A stretch of DNA of 64,000 nt, taken from NCBI RefSeq assembly GCF_964213995.1, contig NW_027590578.1, positions 1 through 64,000 on the forward strand, given 5' to 3'. Positions 63,668 to 64,000 of the stretch are shown here, one piece after another. How positions within the stretch are numbered: the first letter of the stretch is position 1; each line of letters begins with the position of its first letter. The stretch comes from Mustelus asterias (taxonomy: Eukaryota). A program made the position numbers and the translations under genes. The notes beneath the pieces are model-generated. The model saw nothing but the letters and a program-made list of their open reading frames with translations. It was not told the origin of the DNA and did not search any database.

Positions 63668-64000
63668 CATAGAAATCATAGAGACCCTACAGTACAGAAA
63701 GAGGCCATTCGGCCCATCGAGTCTGCACCGACCACAATCCCACCCAGGCCCTACCCCCATATTCCTACATATTTTACCCGCTAATCCCTCTAATCTACAC
63801 ATCCCAGGACACTAAGGGGCAATTTTAGCATGGCCAATCAACCTAACCCGCACATCTTTGGACTGTGGGAGGAAACCGGAGCGCCCGGAGGAAACCCACG
63901 CAGACACGAGGAGAATGTGCAAACTCCACACAGACAGTGACCCAAGCCGGGAATCGAACCCGGGTCCACTGGAGCTGTGAAGCAGCAGTGCTAACCACTG
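63668..64000 (-). mobile_element. HE1-like SINE unique to unit 3
   Basis: CATAGAAATCATAGAGACCCTACAG...GCAGCAGTGCTAACCACTG; absent at the equivalent sites ~43947 and ~53811. Confidence 0.9.

Noticed and set aside
31900-64000. D, J or C segments and germline-joined genes
   Set aside because: No 12-RSS, FGxG segment or C1-set exon found by eye; all V exons end at unrearranged RSS

Overview
Cartilaginous-fish (shark-type) genomic DNA, judged from HE1-like SINEs, CR1/HER1 LINEs and a shark-type C2H2 zinc-finger exon. Bases 1-31.3 kb are gappy and repeat-dense: CT and poly-C satellites, a 52-bp minisatellite, nested CR1 fragments, a CpG-rich promoter and a truncated zinc-finger gene. From 31.9 kb to the window end lies one edge of a T-cell receptor alpha/delta-type V cluster. 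It holds ten V segments from five families, each with a leader exon, a phase-1 intron, an open V exon and a 3' recombination signal (RSS). Eight lie in a ~9.8-kb cassette repeated about 2.6 times: [inverted short-CDR2 V] <- -> [V with 24-bp-spacer RSS] - CR1 - [V]. Notable points are CDR-focused divergence among near-identical copies, a variable-number array of palindromic CRE sites upstream of the inverted V, non-canonical RSS spacers (24 and 26 bp), mosaic duplication history and Penelope-type minimal hammerhead ribozyme motifs. No D, J or C segments were seen. Family names A-E are my own working labels.
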